Positions 28,763 to 38,339 of a stretch of DNA of 64,000 nt are shown here, one piece after another. Below the pieces are notes generated by a model. It searched no databases. It saw only the letters and a program-made list of their open reading frames with translations, and was not told where the DNA came from. The translations under genes were made by a program, and so were the position numbers. How positions within the stretch are numbered: the first letter of the stretch is position 1; every line of letters begins with the position of its first letter. This DNA is from Dehalococcoidia bacterium (GTDB lineage Bacteria; Chloroflexota; Dehalococcoidia; UBA2979), in NCBI GenBank assembly GCA_963667465.2, contig CAXXDN010000002.1:1440001-1504000 (forward strand), given 5' to 3'.

Positions 28763-28785
28763 GCTTTCGCTCCCTTCCGTCGCCG

Positions 28786-31068
28786 CTAGCTGGCGACGAC
28801 GCCGTCGACGGCGATCACGCCCTCGGCCAGCAGGCGTTCGTAGTCCTCGGCGAGGCCGCGCGCCTCCAGTACCTCCCGCGCGTCCGAGCCCGGCTTGGAG
28901 GCCGGATCGCCGGGCTCCGGAGGCGTGCGCGAGAGCCGCGGTGAGGGGCCGTTGGTGGTGACGAGGCCGATCTCCGCGTGTTCGCGCGTGAGGCTCAGCC
29001 CGTGCTCCTGTACCCACTCGTCGGTCATCAGCTCGCGCACGGTCCGTACCGGCGCCGCGCCGGCGCCGACTGCCGTCAGCCGCTCCGTCCACTCATCCGC
29101 CGTCGCCTGCGCGATGCGCTTGGCGAGGAACTCGCGGAGCGCATCGCCATCGAGTCCCGCGGCGCCCTCGAGGCCTGCGACCTCGCCGATCGCGGGCAAC
29201 TGGCCGGCCGTCGCGCCGAGGAAGAGCCAACGGTCGCTGGCGCGGTAAAGGTGCTGGAGCGGGTTCCAGCCGAGCGCTTCCTGGCCGCGCGGCTCGTCCC
29301 AGACCTTGCCCTCGTAGTCCTGGAAGAACGGCGACTGGAGCGTGCAGGCCGTGTAGGCGAGCGCGGCCTTGACGTGCTGGCCTTCGCCGCTGCGCTGGCG
29401 ATGGAACAGAGCCAGCGCGACGCCGTAGGCGCCCATCAGCCCGGTGCCGTAGTCGTTGATCGGGAAGGGCTGGCGGTATGGCCGGTCGCTCGCGAAGCGC
29501 GCCTGCATCCCCGACGCCGCCTGCGCGAGCTGCTCCCAGCCGGGGCGCTCCTCCCACGGTCCCTCGTGCCCGTAGGCGTTGATCGAAGCGTAGACGACGT
29601 TCGGGTTGCGCCGGCGCAGCTCCTCATAGTCCAGGCCCAGCACCTCGATGCGGCCGCCGCGCAGGTTCTGGACGACCACGTCTGCTTCCTCGGCGAGCTT
29701 CCAGAACAGCTCGCGGCCCTCCCCGGTCTTGAGGTCCAGCAGCATGCTCTGCTTGCCGCGGTTGACGTCGTTGTGCATGCGCACGCCGCCGGCGCGGTTC
29801 GGGTCATCGATCTTCACGACCTCGGCCCCGAACTCGGCGAGCGTCCGCCCGCAGGTGGGCCCGGCGAGGATGATGCAGAGGTCGAGCACCTTGAGGCCCT
29901 CGAGGGCCTTGTGCAGCAGCCGCGTCTGCGGCGGGGACGCCGGCTCCGGCGCGGCCTCGAGCCAGGGGCCGAGCACCTCGTCGCGGTCCGCGTCGGGCGC
30001 CGGGGCGGCGCTCCGGACCTCGCCCGGCGATCCGTAGAGACGAGGGTTTACCCCCGGCTGCAGCATCGTGCCGTACCCGGGGTCCTCCACCTCGACGACC
30101 TGCTTCGAGGCGCGCGCGTGCTCCTCGCGCATCCACTCGCTGGCCTCGTAGATCACCGAGCAGCAGACGAGGGCGTCGTTGACGAACTGCTCCCACTCCT
30201 TCGCCGTGCGCGTCTTCATGAGCGCTTCCATGCGCCGCAGCAGCTCCGCGCTCTTCTCCGGGTCCTTCGCGACCTCCTCGCTGAGGTGCAGGCCTTCCTC
30301 GCGCCAGGCGCCGAGGCCGGCCTTGTCGATGAAGCGGTCGACGAAGCGCTGGTTGGCGGCGTGGAACTGGATCCAGCGGCCATCGCTGCACTCGTACTGC
30401 CGCACCCAGCCGGCGGAGCGCTCGGGCGCGCGCTTCGCGGGGTCGTGCACGCGCAGGCCGCTCGACCCGATCGCCGCGAAGGTCGCGTCGAAGAGCGGCG
30501 CCTCGATACGCTGCCCGGCGCCGTCGCGCTCGCGCGCGTTGAGCGCCATCGCAATCGAGACCACACCGAGGAAGGCGCCGTACGAGGACGAGATCGGGAT
30601 GGCCGTCACCACGGGGTTGTCAGCGCGCGCGAGGCCGTCGCCGGCATTCGTGTAGCTGGCGGTCGCCGCGCCGACCACGCCCTCCCAGGCGGCCACGCCG
30701 GCGCGCGGATCGTCGGCGGCGAAGCCGGGAATCGAGCAGTAGATCAGCCGCGGGTTGGCCTCGATCAGCGCGTCCGCGCCGAGGCCAAGGCGGTCCATGA
30801 CGCCGGGCCGGAAGTTCTCGATCAGCACGTCGGCGCTCGCCACGAGCCGCCGCGCGGTCTCGAGGTCCTCCGCGTCCTTGAGGTCGAGCGTGATGCTGCG
30901 CTTGGCGCGGTTCCAGGTAGCGTTGGCCGGGGTGTCCCAGCGCGGGCCGCCGGGCGGGTCGATCTTGACCACGTCGGCGCCCTGATCGGCGAGCAGCATC
31001 CCCGCGAGCGGTCCCGCGATGTAGTGCCCGAAGTCGACGACGCGAATGCCGTCCAGTGCCCCTGCCAT
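28786..31068 (-). CDS. Family III CoA-transferase with two fused CaiB-like domains
   Basis: Two repeats: ALDGIRVVD/GADVVKID/NRAKRS and ALEGLKVLD/GAEVVKID/NRGKQS. Confidence 0.9.
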   Translation of the reverse strand: MAGALDGIRVVDFGHYIAGPLAGMLLADQGADVVKIDPPGGPRWDTPANATWNRAKRSITLDLKDAEDLETARRLVASADVLIENFRPGVMDRLGLGADALIEANPRLIYCSIPGFAADDPRAGVAAWEGVVGAATASYTNAGDGLARADNPVVTAIPISSSYGAFLGVVSIAMALNARERDGAGQRIEAPLFDATFAAIGSSGLRVHDPAKRAPERSAGWVRQYECSDGRWIQFHAANQRFVDRFIDKAGLGAWREEGLHLSEEVAKDPEKSAELLRRMEALMKTRTAKEWEQFVNDALVCCSVIYEASEWMREEHARASKQVVEVEDPGYGTMLQPGVNPRLYGSPGEVRSAAPAPDADRDEVLGPWLEAAPEPASPPQTRLLHKALEGLKVLDLCIILAGPTCGRTLAEFGAEVVKIDDPNRAGGVRMHNDVNRGKQSMLLDLKTGEGRELFWKLAEEADVVVQNLRGGRIEVLGLDYEELRRRNPNVVYASINAYGHEGPWEERPGWEQLAQAASGMQARFASDRPYRQPFPINDYGTGLMGAYGVALALFHRQRSGEGQHVKAALAYTACTLQSPFFQDYEGKVWDEPRGQEALGWNPLQHLYRASDRWLFLGATAGQLPAIGEVAGLEGAAGLDGDALREFLAKRIAQATADEWTERLTAVGAGAAPVRTVRELMTDEWVQEHGLSLTREHAEIGLVTTNGPSPRLSRTPPEPGDPASKPGSDAREVLEARGLAEDYERLLAEGVIAVDGVVAS

Positions 31069-31174
31069 GGTGCTCCCCTCTCGCCGTTGCGAGCCCGCCG
31101 TGCCTCGCCCGCGCACTATAGCCCCCCCTGGCAGGCGCTTAGCGCAGCGGCGCAAAGTAGGACTCAGCGAGGCG

Positions 31175-32221
31175 TCAGCGCGGCTCCTGCGCGTGGACCC
31201 AGGGCAGCACCTCGGCGGCGAACAGCTCGAGGGCGCCGAGGCCGTCCTCGAGGGACATGCCCTCCGGGCGGATGCCCAGCGTCCAGCCGGTGAACGGGAT
31301 CGGGCCGGACAGCGCCTCGATGTCCGCTTGCAGCGCCTCGATCCACATCGCGGGCGTGCCGATCAGTTCGCCCTCGGTCGCGAACGAGGCGCCCGAGTCC
31401 GCCGCCACCTGCGTGACGTCGCGAGGGTACTCGTCGCGTCCGGCGAACTCGCCGGCGGCCATGTACTCGGTCCGGCCCTCGATGAACGGCGCGCCGATGC
31501 GCACCGCCTCGGCGGCGTCCGCCGCGATGTAGCCGTTGCGCACGATCGTGAAGTCGAGCGTCGCCGGGTCCACGCCGTGCTCCTCCGCGAGTTCGCAGTA
31601 GTCGGTGTAGACGCCGCGCCCGATCGCCTCGCGGTGCAACGTGTTCACGCCGAGGCCGAAGCGCACCGCGCGCGCGAGCGCGGGGCGGCTGCGGGCCGTG
31701 ACGTAGACCTTCGGGTGGGGCCGCTGGATCGGCGGCGGGAGCAGATCGACGCCGCTCGCGCTGTGGTAGCGGCCCGCGTGGCTGAACCCGCGCTCGCGCA
31801 GCGCGCCGAGCAGGATCGTCAGCGCCTCGTCCGTGCGGTCGCCGCGCTCGCGGCGCGGAACGCCGAACGCCTCGAAGTCGCCCTCGCGGTAGCCGACGCC
31901 GATGCCGAGCATCGCGCGCCCGTTCGAGAGCAGATCGAGGACGGCGAGTTGCTCGGCGACGTGCACGGGGTGGTAGAGCGGGAGCAGCAGCGGCTGCGTC
32001 GCCAGGCGGATCTGCCCGGTCTCGCGCGCGAGCGCGGTCAGCGTGAGGAAGGGCGTCGGGTTGTAGCCGATCGCCACCGAGTGGTGCTCCGGCACGACGA
32101 TAAAGTCGTAGCCGAGGCGGTCGGCGGCGCGGGCGTACTCGATCCACTCCTCGTAGACGTCGGACCAGCTCTGCGCGGCGTCCGGGGCGCGCTTGAACTT
32201 GACGCCGATGCCGATCTCCAT
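31175..32221 (-). CDS. LLM class flavin-dependent oxidoreductase
   Basis: VPEHH, LPLYHPVHVAEQLAVLDLLSNGR, PPPIQRPHP. Confidence 0.9.
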   Translation of the reverse strand: MEIGIGVKFKRAPDAAQSWSDVYEEWIEYARAADRLGYDFIVVPEHHSVAIGYNPTPFLTLTALARETGQIRLATQPLLLPLYHPVHVAEQLAVLDLLSNGRAMLGIGVGYREGDFEAFGVPRRERGDRTDEALTILLGALRERGFSHAGRYHSASGVDLLPPPIQRPHPKVYVTARSRPALARAVRFGLGVNTLHREAIGRGVYTDYCELAEEHGVDPATLDFTIVRNGYIAADAAEAVRIGAPFIEGRTEYMAAGEFAGRDEYPRDVTQVAADSGASFATEGELIGTPAMWIEALQADIEALSGPIPFTGWTLGIRPEGMSLEDGLGALELFAAEVLPWVHAQEPR

Positions 32222-32237
32222 GCGCCTCCCCCTGCTG

Positions 32238-33875
32238 TTAGCTCGTTTCGATGGCCCTCGTGACGGCGCGGCTGAGACCCCACGGCGGCGCGATCATGAA
32301 CTGCGCGCCGATGCCGCCCGCGACGACGATGTGGAACTCCTCGGGCGTACGCGCCACCGGCACACGATCGGTGTGCTCGAACCAGGTGGGCGAGGAGAGC
32401 GTGTAGCGCTTCGCCGGCAGCTCCGAGCGGTCGATGCGCGCGTGCTCGAAGAGGAACTGGCGCACATCGTCCTTCGTCCAGCCCTCGTCGGCGAGGTTCG
32501 CCGCGTCCACCGGGTTCATGATCACGAGGTGGTCGCCGGGGTAGCGGAAGGTGTTGGTCCCGAGCGTCGCCGCGACCGAGGCGGTCGCCGTCAGCAGCTG
32601 CTCCGGCTTCGTGCCGATCATGCTCAGCACGTTGTGCGGCGGCTCGCACTTGAGCACGGTGACCGTGCTCGTCGAGGCGTCCGCGTGCTCCTCGTGCAGC
32701 GGCCGCCAGGGGTGGCCCGCGAGGCGCTCGGCGAAGCAGTAGGAGTACTGCGCGGCCGAGGCGTGCGTGGCGAGGCTGGAGCGGCCGGGGATCGAGCGCG
32801 CCACGTTGATCAGCGTGAGATTGACGGCGCGCCCGATCGTCGCGTTGGCGCGGAAGCCGGGGCCGAGGCAGCCCTGCCCCGAGGCGATGCCCAGCTCCTC
32901 GGCGATCGGTCCGCTGACGACGATCGCGACACCGCCGGGGTGCGTGGTGATCGCGGTGTGGAAGAAGCGGTACTCCGGGGCGGCCATCGCCCGCACCGCC
33001 GCCAGCACCACGGGGAAGTAGGCCGGGCGACAGCCGGCGAGCACCGCGTTGATCGCAAGATTGCGCACCGTGATCGACGACCCGCTCGGCATCGGCGGGC
33101 CGATCAGCGTCTCCTCGGGCGGCAGCGGCGAGGCGGCGAGCAGCGCCGCGATCCGCTCCCCGGTGGGCGCGACAACGGGGAAGCCGTCGCCGAGCTGGAG
33201 CGGCTCGAAGCGCTCGTAGAGCGCGGCGCTGGCGTCCGCTTCGTCGACCTCGAACTCCGCCAGCCCGGCGGCGGGGTCGCCGACGGCCGGGTTGTCCGCC
33301 GCGGCGGCGGCGAGACGCTCGGGCGGCGTCGTCAGCGCCGCCACGACGGCGGCCGCGCGCTCGGCGCGAGAGGCCGCGACGGCCGCGTCGTCCATGCCGC
33401 GCAGCCACGGCACCTCGATGACCGGGAGCCCGGGCACGTCGTGCGCCGCCATCGTCGCGGCGAGCGGGCCGCCCAGCCCGGTGGCGAGCAACACGCAGGG
33501 CAGCCCCTCGCGTTCGAGGGCGAGCGACAGCACCGTCGAGGACGCCGTCACCCCGGCGTGGCAGACCGCGATCACCAGCCCGGCGTAGCCGCCAGCGAGG
33601 ATTTCCGCCCGCAGTCGGGCGAGCTCGTCCTCCTGGAACTGGATCAGGTCCTCATCGCGGCAATCGATCACCACGCCGGGCACGGCCGCCTCGAGGTCCT
33701 CGGCGAGCCACTCGACCAGCGGCCCGTAGCGGGGCAGCGAGGGCTGCACCTGCCCGTTGTCGATCAGCAGCAGCCGCGCGCCCTCGAGCGAGGCGGGCCG
33801 CGCCGCGGGCAGCGCGTGCGCGCGCGAGGGCGCGCCGGTGGGCGCGGGCAGCACGATGCGGCTCGACTCGCTCAC
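32238..33875 (-). CDS. UGSC-like domain fused to its conserved partner domain; function unknown
   Basis: RPASLEGARLLLIDNG...LEREGLPCV (N-terminal); GDGFPVVAPT, INAVLAGCRPAYFPVV, GPGFRANATIGRA (C-terminal); GTG after GAGGGGAG. Confidence 0.7.
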   Translation of the reverse strand: MSESSRIVLPAPTGAPSRAHALPAARPASLEGARLLLIDNGQVQPSLPRYGPLVEWLAEDLEAAVPGVVIDCRDEDLIQFQEDELARLRAEILAGGYAGLVIAVCHAGVTASSTVLSLALEREGLPCVLLATGLGGPLAATMAAHDVPGLPVIEVPWLRGMDDAAVAASRAERAAAVVAALTTPPERLAAAAADNPAVGDPAAGLAEFEVDEADASAALYERFEPLQLGDGFPVVAPTGERIAALLAASPLPPEETLIGPPMPSGSSITVRNLAINAVLAGCRPAYFPVVLAAVRAMAAPEYRFFHTAITTHPGGVAIVVSGPIAEELGIASGQGCLGPGFRANATIGRAVNLTLINVARSIPGRSSLATHASAAQYSYCFAERLAGHPWRPLHEEHADASTSTVTVLKCEPPHNVLSMIGTKPEQLLTATASVAATLGTNTFRYPGDHLVIMNPVDAANLADEGWTKDDVRQFLFEHARIDRSELPAKRYTLSSPTWFEHTDRVPVARTPEEFHIVVAGGIGAQFMIAPPWGLSRAVTRAIETS

Positions 33876-34022
33876 GGCTGCTCCCCTCGCCATCCGCCGC
33901 TCGTCGCCCGCGAGGATAGCGCCTCGCGCCCCGCCGGGCGCGGGTGGCGCGCCGCGTTGACGGCGCGGCGGCGAGCGCCGTAGCGTGCTGACGCCGCCGC
34001 ATGGCGCTACGAGGAGGTTGCG

Positions 34023-34952
34023 ATGTCGCCTGTGCATGCGCCATCGGTGCTGCTGGACGGGCTGCTCTTCCCCGAGGGCCCGCGCTGGCACGACGGCAGG
34101 CTCTGGTTCTCCGAGATGCACGAGCACCGCGTGATGACACTCACTCCCGAGGGCGAACCGGACGTCGTCGCGGAGTGCTTCTTCCGCCCCTCCGGCCTCG
34201 GCTTCCTCGACGACGGCAGCGCGATCGTCGTCAACATGACGGAGAAGCGCCTGATGCGCATCGCCGACGGCGCGCTCAGCGAGTACGCCGACCTGAGCGG
34301 GCTCGTCTCCGAGCACCCTAACGACATGGTCGTCGACGCCTCCGGACGCGCCTACGTGAGCAGCCTCGGCCGCCGGGGGCCGCCGGACACGCCGCGGCCG
34401 GACCACCTGCGGCCCTTCGCCCCGCACATCCTCGCCTACTTCCAGGAGGCCGGCGTTGCCAACACGCCGGAGACGTCCGAGATCATCCGCGTCGACCCCG
34501 ACGGCTCCACGCAGCTCGCGGCGGACGGGGTGATGTCGCCGAACGGGATGGTGATCACGCCCGACGGCGGCACGCTGATCTTCGCCGAGACCTATGCCAA
34601 CCGGCTCTCCGCCTTCGACATCGACGCCGCCGGCGGGCTCTCCAACAAGCGAGTCTGGGCCGAGGTCGGCAGCGCAATGCCGGACGGCATCTGCCTCGAC
34701 GCCGAGATCGCGGTCTGGGTCGCCTCGCCCTACACGAACGAGTTCGTGCGCGTCCGCGAGGGCGGCGAGATCGCCGACCGCATCCCGCTGCAGGCGGGCA
34801 AGCTCGGCGTCGCCTGCATGCTCGGCGGCGAGGACCGCCAGACGCTGTTCCTGCTCACCTCGGTGCGCCCGACGCGCAAGATCGTGCCGGGCCGCACGCG
34901 CGGCTTCATCGAAACGGTGCGCGTCGACGTGCCGGGCGCGGGCCGACCCTAG
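34023..34952 (+). CDS. SMP-30/gluconolactonase/LRE family protein
   Basis: FPEGPRWHDG, PNDMVVD, PNGMVITPDG, PDGICLD. Confidence 0.92.
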   Translation: MSPVHAPSVLLDGLLFPEGPRWHDGRLWFSEMHEHRVMTLTPEGEPDVVAECFFRPSGLGFLDDGSAIVVNMTEKRLMRIADGALSEYADLSGLVSEHPNDMVVDASGRAYVSSLGRRGPPDTPRPDHLRPFAPHILAYFQEAGVANTPETSEIIRVDPDGSTQLAADGVMSPNGMVITPDGGTLIFAETYANRLSAFDIDAAGGLSNKRVWAEVGSAMPDGICLDAEIAVWVASPYTNEFVRVREGGEIADRIPLQAGKLGVACMLGGEDRQTLFLLTSVRPTRKIVPGRTRGFIETVRVDVPGAGRP

Positions 34953-34959
34953 GCGCCGC

Positions 34960-35397
34960 GTGGTGGGCAACGCGCAGATCGATCCGCGGCTGATCGAGCT
35001 GATCGGCAAGGTTCCCTTCTGGGAGACGATCGGCATCGAGCTCGATGATGCGGAGGTCGGCCGGGTACGGCTGCGCCTCGCGATGCGCGAGGACCTGCGC
35101 ACCTTCGGCGAGCGGCGTGTGCTGCACGGCGGCGCGATCGCGACGCTGATCGACTCCGCCGCCGCCTCGGCGACCCGCACGTTGCGAGGCGCGGACGAGC
35201 CGCCCTGGCGCGGCCTCGCAACGACCGATATGCACGTCAGCTACCTCGCGGCGGTGACCGGCGGCGAGGTCACCGCCGAGGGCCGCGTAACGCGAGCCGG
35301 AGGGCGGGTCGCCTTCATCGACGTCGAGGTGCGCAACGAAGCCGGCGACCTCGTCGCCCGGGGGCTGGTCACGCTCCAGATCCGCCGCGCGGACTGA
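34960..35397 (+). CDS. PaaI family thioesterase
   Basis: LHGGAIATLIDSA, TTDMHVSYL; start approximate. Confidence 0.87.
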   Translation: MVGNAQIDPRLIELIGKVPFWETIGIELDDAEVGRVRLRLAMREDLRTFGERRVLHGGAIATLIDSAAASATRTLRGADEPPWRGLATTDMHVSYLAAVTGGEVTAEGRVTRAGGRVAFIDVEVRNEAGDLVARGLVTLQIRRAD

Positions 35398-35418
35398 GCA
35401 GCGGAGGAGGACAGAAGC

Positions 35419-36717
35419 ATGGCCGAGCAGCGACCGGGCTCGATGGAGATGATCGCGACGACGGCGCAGGACACCCAGGCCGTGCAGATCACCCCGTTCA
35501 TCTACATGTCCCACGGGACCAGCAACAGCTACCTCGTCACCACCGCGGACGGCGACGTGCTGATCAACGCCGGGATGGACTTCGAGGCCCCCGTGCACCA
35601 TCGCAAGTTCGACAGGGTCAGCGACGGGCCGCTCCGCTACATCCTGCTCACGCAGGGCCATGTCGACCACGTCGGCGGGGTGCCTGAGTACCGCCGCGAG
35701 GGCGTGCAGGTGATCGCGCAGCGCAACCTGCGGCGCTGTCAGGAGGACGACCGGCGCATCCCCGGCTATCGCCTCTGGCGCAACAAGGTCTATTTCGGAC
35801 GCGGTGTGCGCGTCACCGCGCCCGAGCCCGTCGTGCCGGACATCGCCTTCGACCAGGACTACGCGTTCGAGCTCGGCGGGCTGCGCTTCGAGCTGCACTC
35901 CGCGCCGGGCGGCGAGACGATCGACAACGCCTGCGTGCACCTGCCGCAACACGACATCCTCTTCAGCGGCAACATCCTCGGCCCGCTCTTCCCCACCTTC
36001 CCGAACCTCTACACGATCCGAGGCGACAAGTACCGCTTCGCCCACGCCTACATCGAGACCGTCGAGCTGCTGCGCGACCTGCAGCCGGAGCTGCTGATCA
36101 CCGGCCACTTCGACCCGATCACCGGTCGCGATCACATCGCGCGCGAGCTGACGAAGCTGCGCGACGCCGTCGCCTACGTGCTCGAGGGGACGCTGCGCGG
36201 CATGAACGCCGGCAAGACCCCGTTCGAGCTGATGCGCGAGATCCGGCTGCCCCCGGAGCTCGAGGTCGACGAGCGCTACGGCAAGGTCGCCTGGGGCGTG
36301 CGCGCGATCGTCGAGTCCTACGGCGGCTGGTTCCACTACGAATCGACCTCGGAACTGCTCTCCGACACGCCATCCGCGATCAACACCGAGATAGCCGCGC
36401 TCGCGGGGCCGGAGGCGCTGACGCGGCGGGCACGCGCGCTGCTCGACGGCGGCGACGCGGGCGGCGCGATCCGCCTGGCCGAGATGGCGCTGGCCGGCGA
36501 TCGGCGTCTGCGTGACGCCCTCGAGGTCTATCGGGACGCCCACCGGGAGCTGCTCGAGGGCGCGGGCACGAACATGTGGGACGTGCGCTGGCTGCGCCGC
36601 CAGGTGCGCGGCGCCGAGCGCCTGCTCGCCGCCGAGCCGAACTCCGAGGACTGGGCGCGCACCGAGGGGGAACCGCGCGTCGCCCGCTGGATGATGGACC
36701 CCCCCGAGGCGCCCTGA
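35419..36717 (+). CDS. Metallo-beta-lactamase-fold hydrolase, alkyl sulfatase-like
   Basis: TQGHVDHVGG, PGGET, PNLYTIRGD, YGKVAW, YGGWF. Confidence 0.85.
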   Translation: MAEQRPGSMEMIATTAQDTQAVQITPFIYMSHGTSNSYLVTTADGDVLINAGMDFEAPVHHRKFDRVSDGPLRYILLTQGHVDHVGGVPEYRREGVQVIAQRNLRRCQEDDRRIPGYRLWRNKVYFGRGVRVTAPEPVVPDIAFDQDYAFELGGLRFELHSAPGGETIDNACVHLPQHDILFSGNILGPLFPTFPNLYTIRGDKYRFAHAYIETVELLRDLQPELLITGHFDPITGRDHIARELTKLRDAVAYVLEGTLRGMNAGKTPFELMREIRLPPELEVDERYGKVAWGVRAIVESYGGWFHYESTSELLSDTPSAINTEIAALAGPEALTRRARALLDGGDAGGAIRLAEMALAGDRRLRDALEVYRDAHRELLEGAGTNMWDVRWLRRQVRGAERLLAAEPNSEDWARTEGEPRVARWMMDPPEAP

Positions 36718-36733
36718 CTCCGCCGCCGCCGGT

Positions 36734-37195
36734 CCCCTCTCCCCGAGGGAGAGGGCGGAGGGTGAGGGCCCGGCGCGCAGCGCCGCTCCGTGCCACGAGG
36801 GCGGATGTGGCCACGAAGCCGCCCGCGCGTCTTTCGCGGGGGGCTGCGCCCCCCACACCCCCATCCCGGACGAGCACGCGCTGCGCGCGGCTCTGGCCCA
36901 CCCACCCACCCTCGGATTTTTCTTGATGTGGGGGCTGCGCCCCCACGCCCCCTTGGCCGTCGCCTGCGGCGCCACCCTCAAGGGGGCATCCGACTCCCGA
37001 AGGCGCACCCAACTCCCGAGGGCGGTCCGGCCCCCTCTCCCCTCGCGGGAGAGGGCGGGGGTGAGGGGGCGCCGCGCGCCAGCGCGGCCAGCGAGGGCAG
37101 GCGGCGGGCGAGGCGCGACGACAGGCTCGGCGGCGCACGCTCCGGCTGCGCCGGAGTCCCCCTCACCCTAACCCTCTCCCGCCGGGGGAGAGGGG
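36734..37195. repeat. Composite repeat cluster: three family B copies and one full family A copy (reverse)
   Basis: B at 36734-36768, 37031-37069, 37158-37195; A at 36838-36952. Confidence 0.88.
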
Positions 37196-37212
37196 ATCAG
37201 AGGGAGGGCGCG

Positions 37213-38310
37213 CTACTCAGGACCGAGCTGCATCGCCTCGATGGCGTCGTAGGCTTCCTCGACCAGGTCGAGGACGACCTGGCGGACGGGCTTGATCTCG
37301 CGGATGAAGCCGACGCCCTGGCCGGCAGCGACGCCCTGCCAGTCGCGCAGCTCGTGCTCGTCGATCGCCTGGCGCAGGTTGTTGTTGAGCAGACCCTGCA
37401 GCGGCATCGGCAAGTGCTGCGGGGCGTCCGCCGCTTCCCAGGACTCGAGGTAGCGGTTGCGCACGCCTCGAGAGCGCTTGCCGTCGCCGGCCGTCGAGAC
37501 CCAGGCGTCCGACGCCTTCGCGTCGAGCAGCTTCTGCTTCGCCCACATCTCCGTCGCCGACTCGTGCGTCGCCTGCCACATCGTGCCCGTCCAGACGCCG
37601 ACGGCGCCGAGCGTGAGCGCGGCGACGATGTGGCGGCCGGTGGTGATGCCGCCCGCGGCGAGGATCGGCGTGTCGAACTCCCTCGCCAGCTCTACGACCT
37701 CGGGAACGATCGAGAAGGTGCCGATGCGGCCGGTGTGGCCGGCCGAGTCCTGGCCCTGCGCGATCAGCAGATCGAGCCCGGCCTCCAGCTCACGCCGCGC
37801 CTGCCGGGCGAGGCCGATCAGACCCCAGACCTTCACGCCCGCGTCGTGCATCTCGTCGAGGATGAAGGCCGGGCTGCCGAGGCCGGAGGCGAAGATCGGG
37901 ATCCGCTCCTCCATCATGATTTCGAGCTTCGTGCGCGTATCGCGCAGGCCGCGCAAGCGCACGTCCTCGGGCGGCGGTCCCTTCGGGTCGGGAATGTCGT
38001 TGTCGCGCATTAACTGCTCGACCCAGTCGCGGTGACCCTGCGGGATCTGGGCCTCCAGCTCCTCCTGGTTGCCACGCACGTAGGACGAGGGGATCGTGAT
38101 GTCGACGCCGTAGGGGCGGTCGCCGACGCGCTCCTTGATCCACCTGATGTCGGCCCGCATCTCCTCGATCGTGTGCGTGCTCGCGCCGAGGACCCCGATG
38201 CCGCCGGCGTTGGAGGCGGCGGCGGTCACGTCGCGGGTGTGTGCGAAGGCGACGATCGGGTATTCGGCGCCGTACTCCTCGCAGAGCCGGGTCCGCAGTG
38301 GGTCGCTCAT
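37213..38310 (-). CDS. Nitronate monooxygenase / FabK-like flavoprotein
   Basis: SNAGGIGVLG, IAQGQDSAGH, LAAGGITTG, GVWTGT, AGQGVG. Confidence 0.88.
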   Translation of the reverse strand: MSDPLRTRLCEEYGAEYPIVAFAHTRDVTAAASNAGGIGVLGASTHTIEEMRADIRWIKERVGDRPYGVDITIPSSYVRGNQEELEAQIPQGHRDWVEQLMRDNDIPDPKGPPPEDVRLRGLRDTRTKLEIMMEERIPIFASGLGSPAFILDEMHDAGVKVWGLIGLARQARRELEAGLDLLIAQGQDSAGHTGRIGTFSIVPEVVELAREFDTPILAAGGITTGRHIVAALTLGAVGVWTGTMWQATHESATEMWAKQKLLDAKASDAWVSTAGDGKRSRGVRNRYLESWEAADAPQHLPMPLQGLLNNNLRQAIDEHELRDWQGVAAGQGVGFIREIKPVRQVVLDLVEEAYDAIEAMQLGPE

Positions 38311-38339
38311 CGCCTCGGTCCTTTCGCTGCGGGTCGCCG

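Noticed and set aside
28978-31293. Very long antisense or alternate-frame ORFs (also 40460-42730, 17473-19392, 34906-37008 and many more)
   Set aside because: Shadow ORFs expected at this GC content; Arg/Ala/Pro-rich, with no motifs, and overlapping well-supported genes
33876-35180. N-terminal 434 aa of the 980-aa ORF 32238-35180
   Set aside because: Antisense to the SMP-30 and PaaI genes; the real start is most likely GTG 33875 with an RBS
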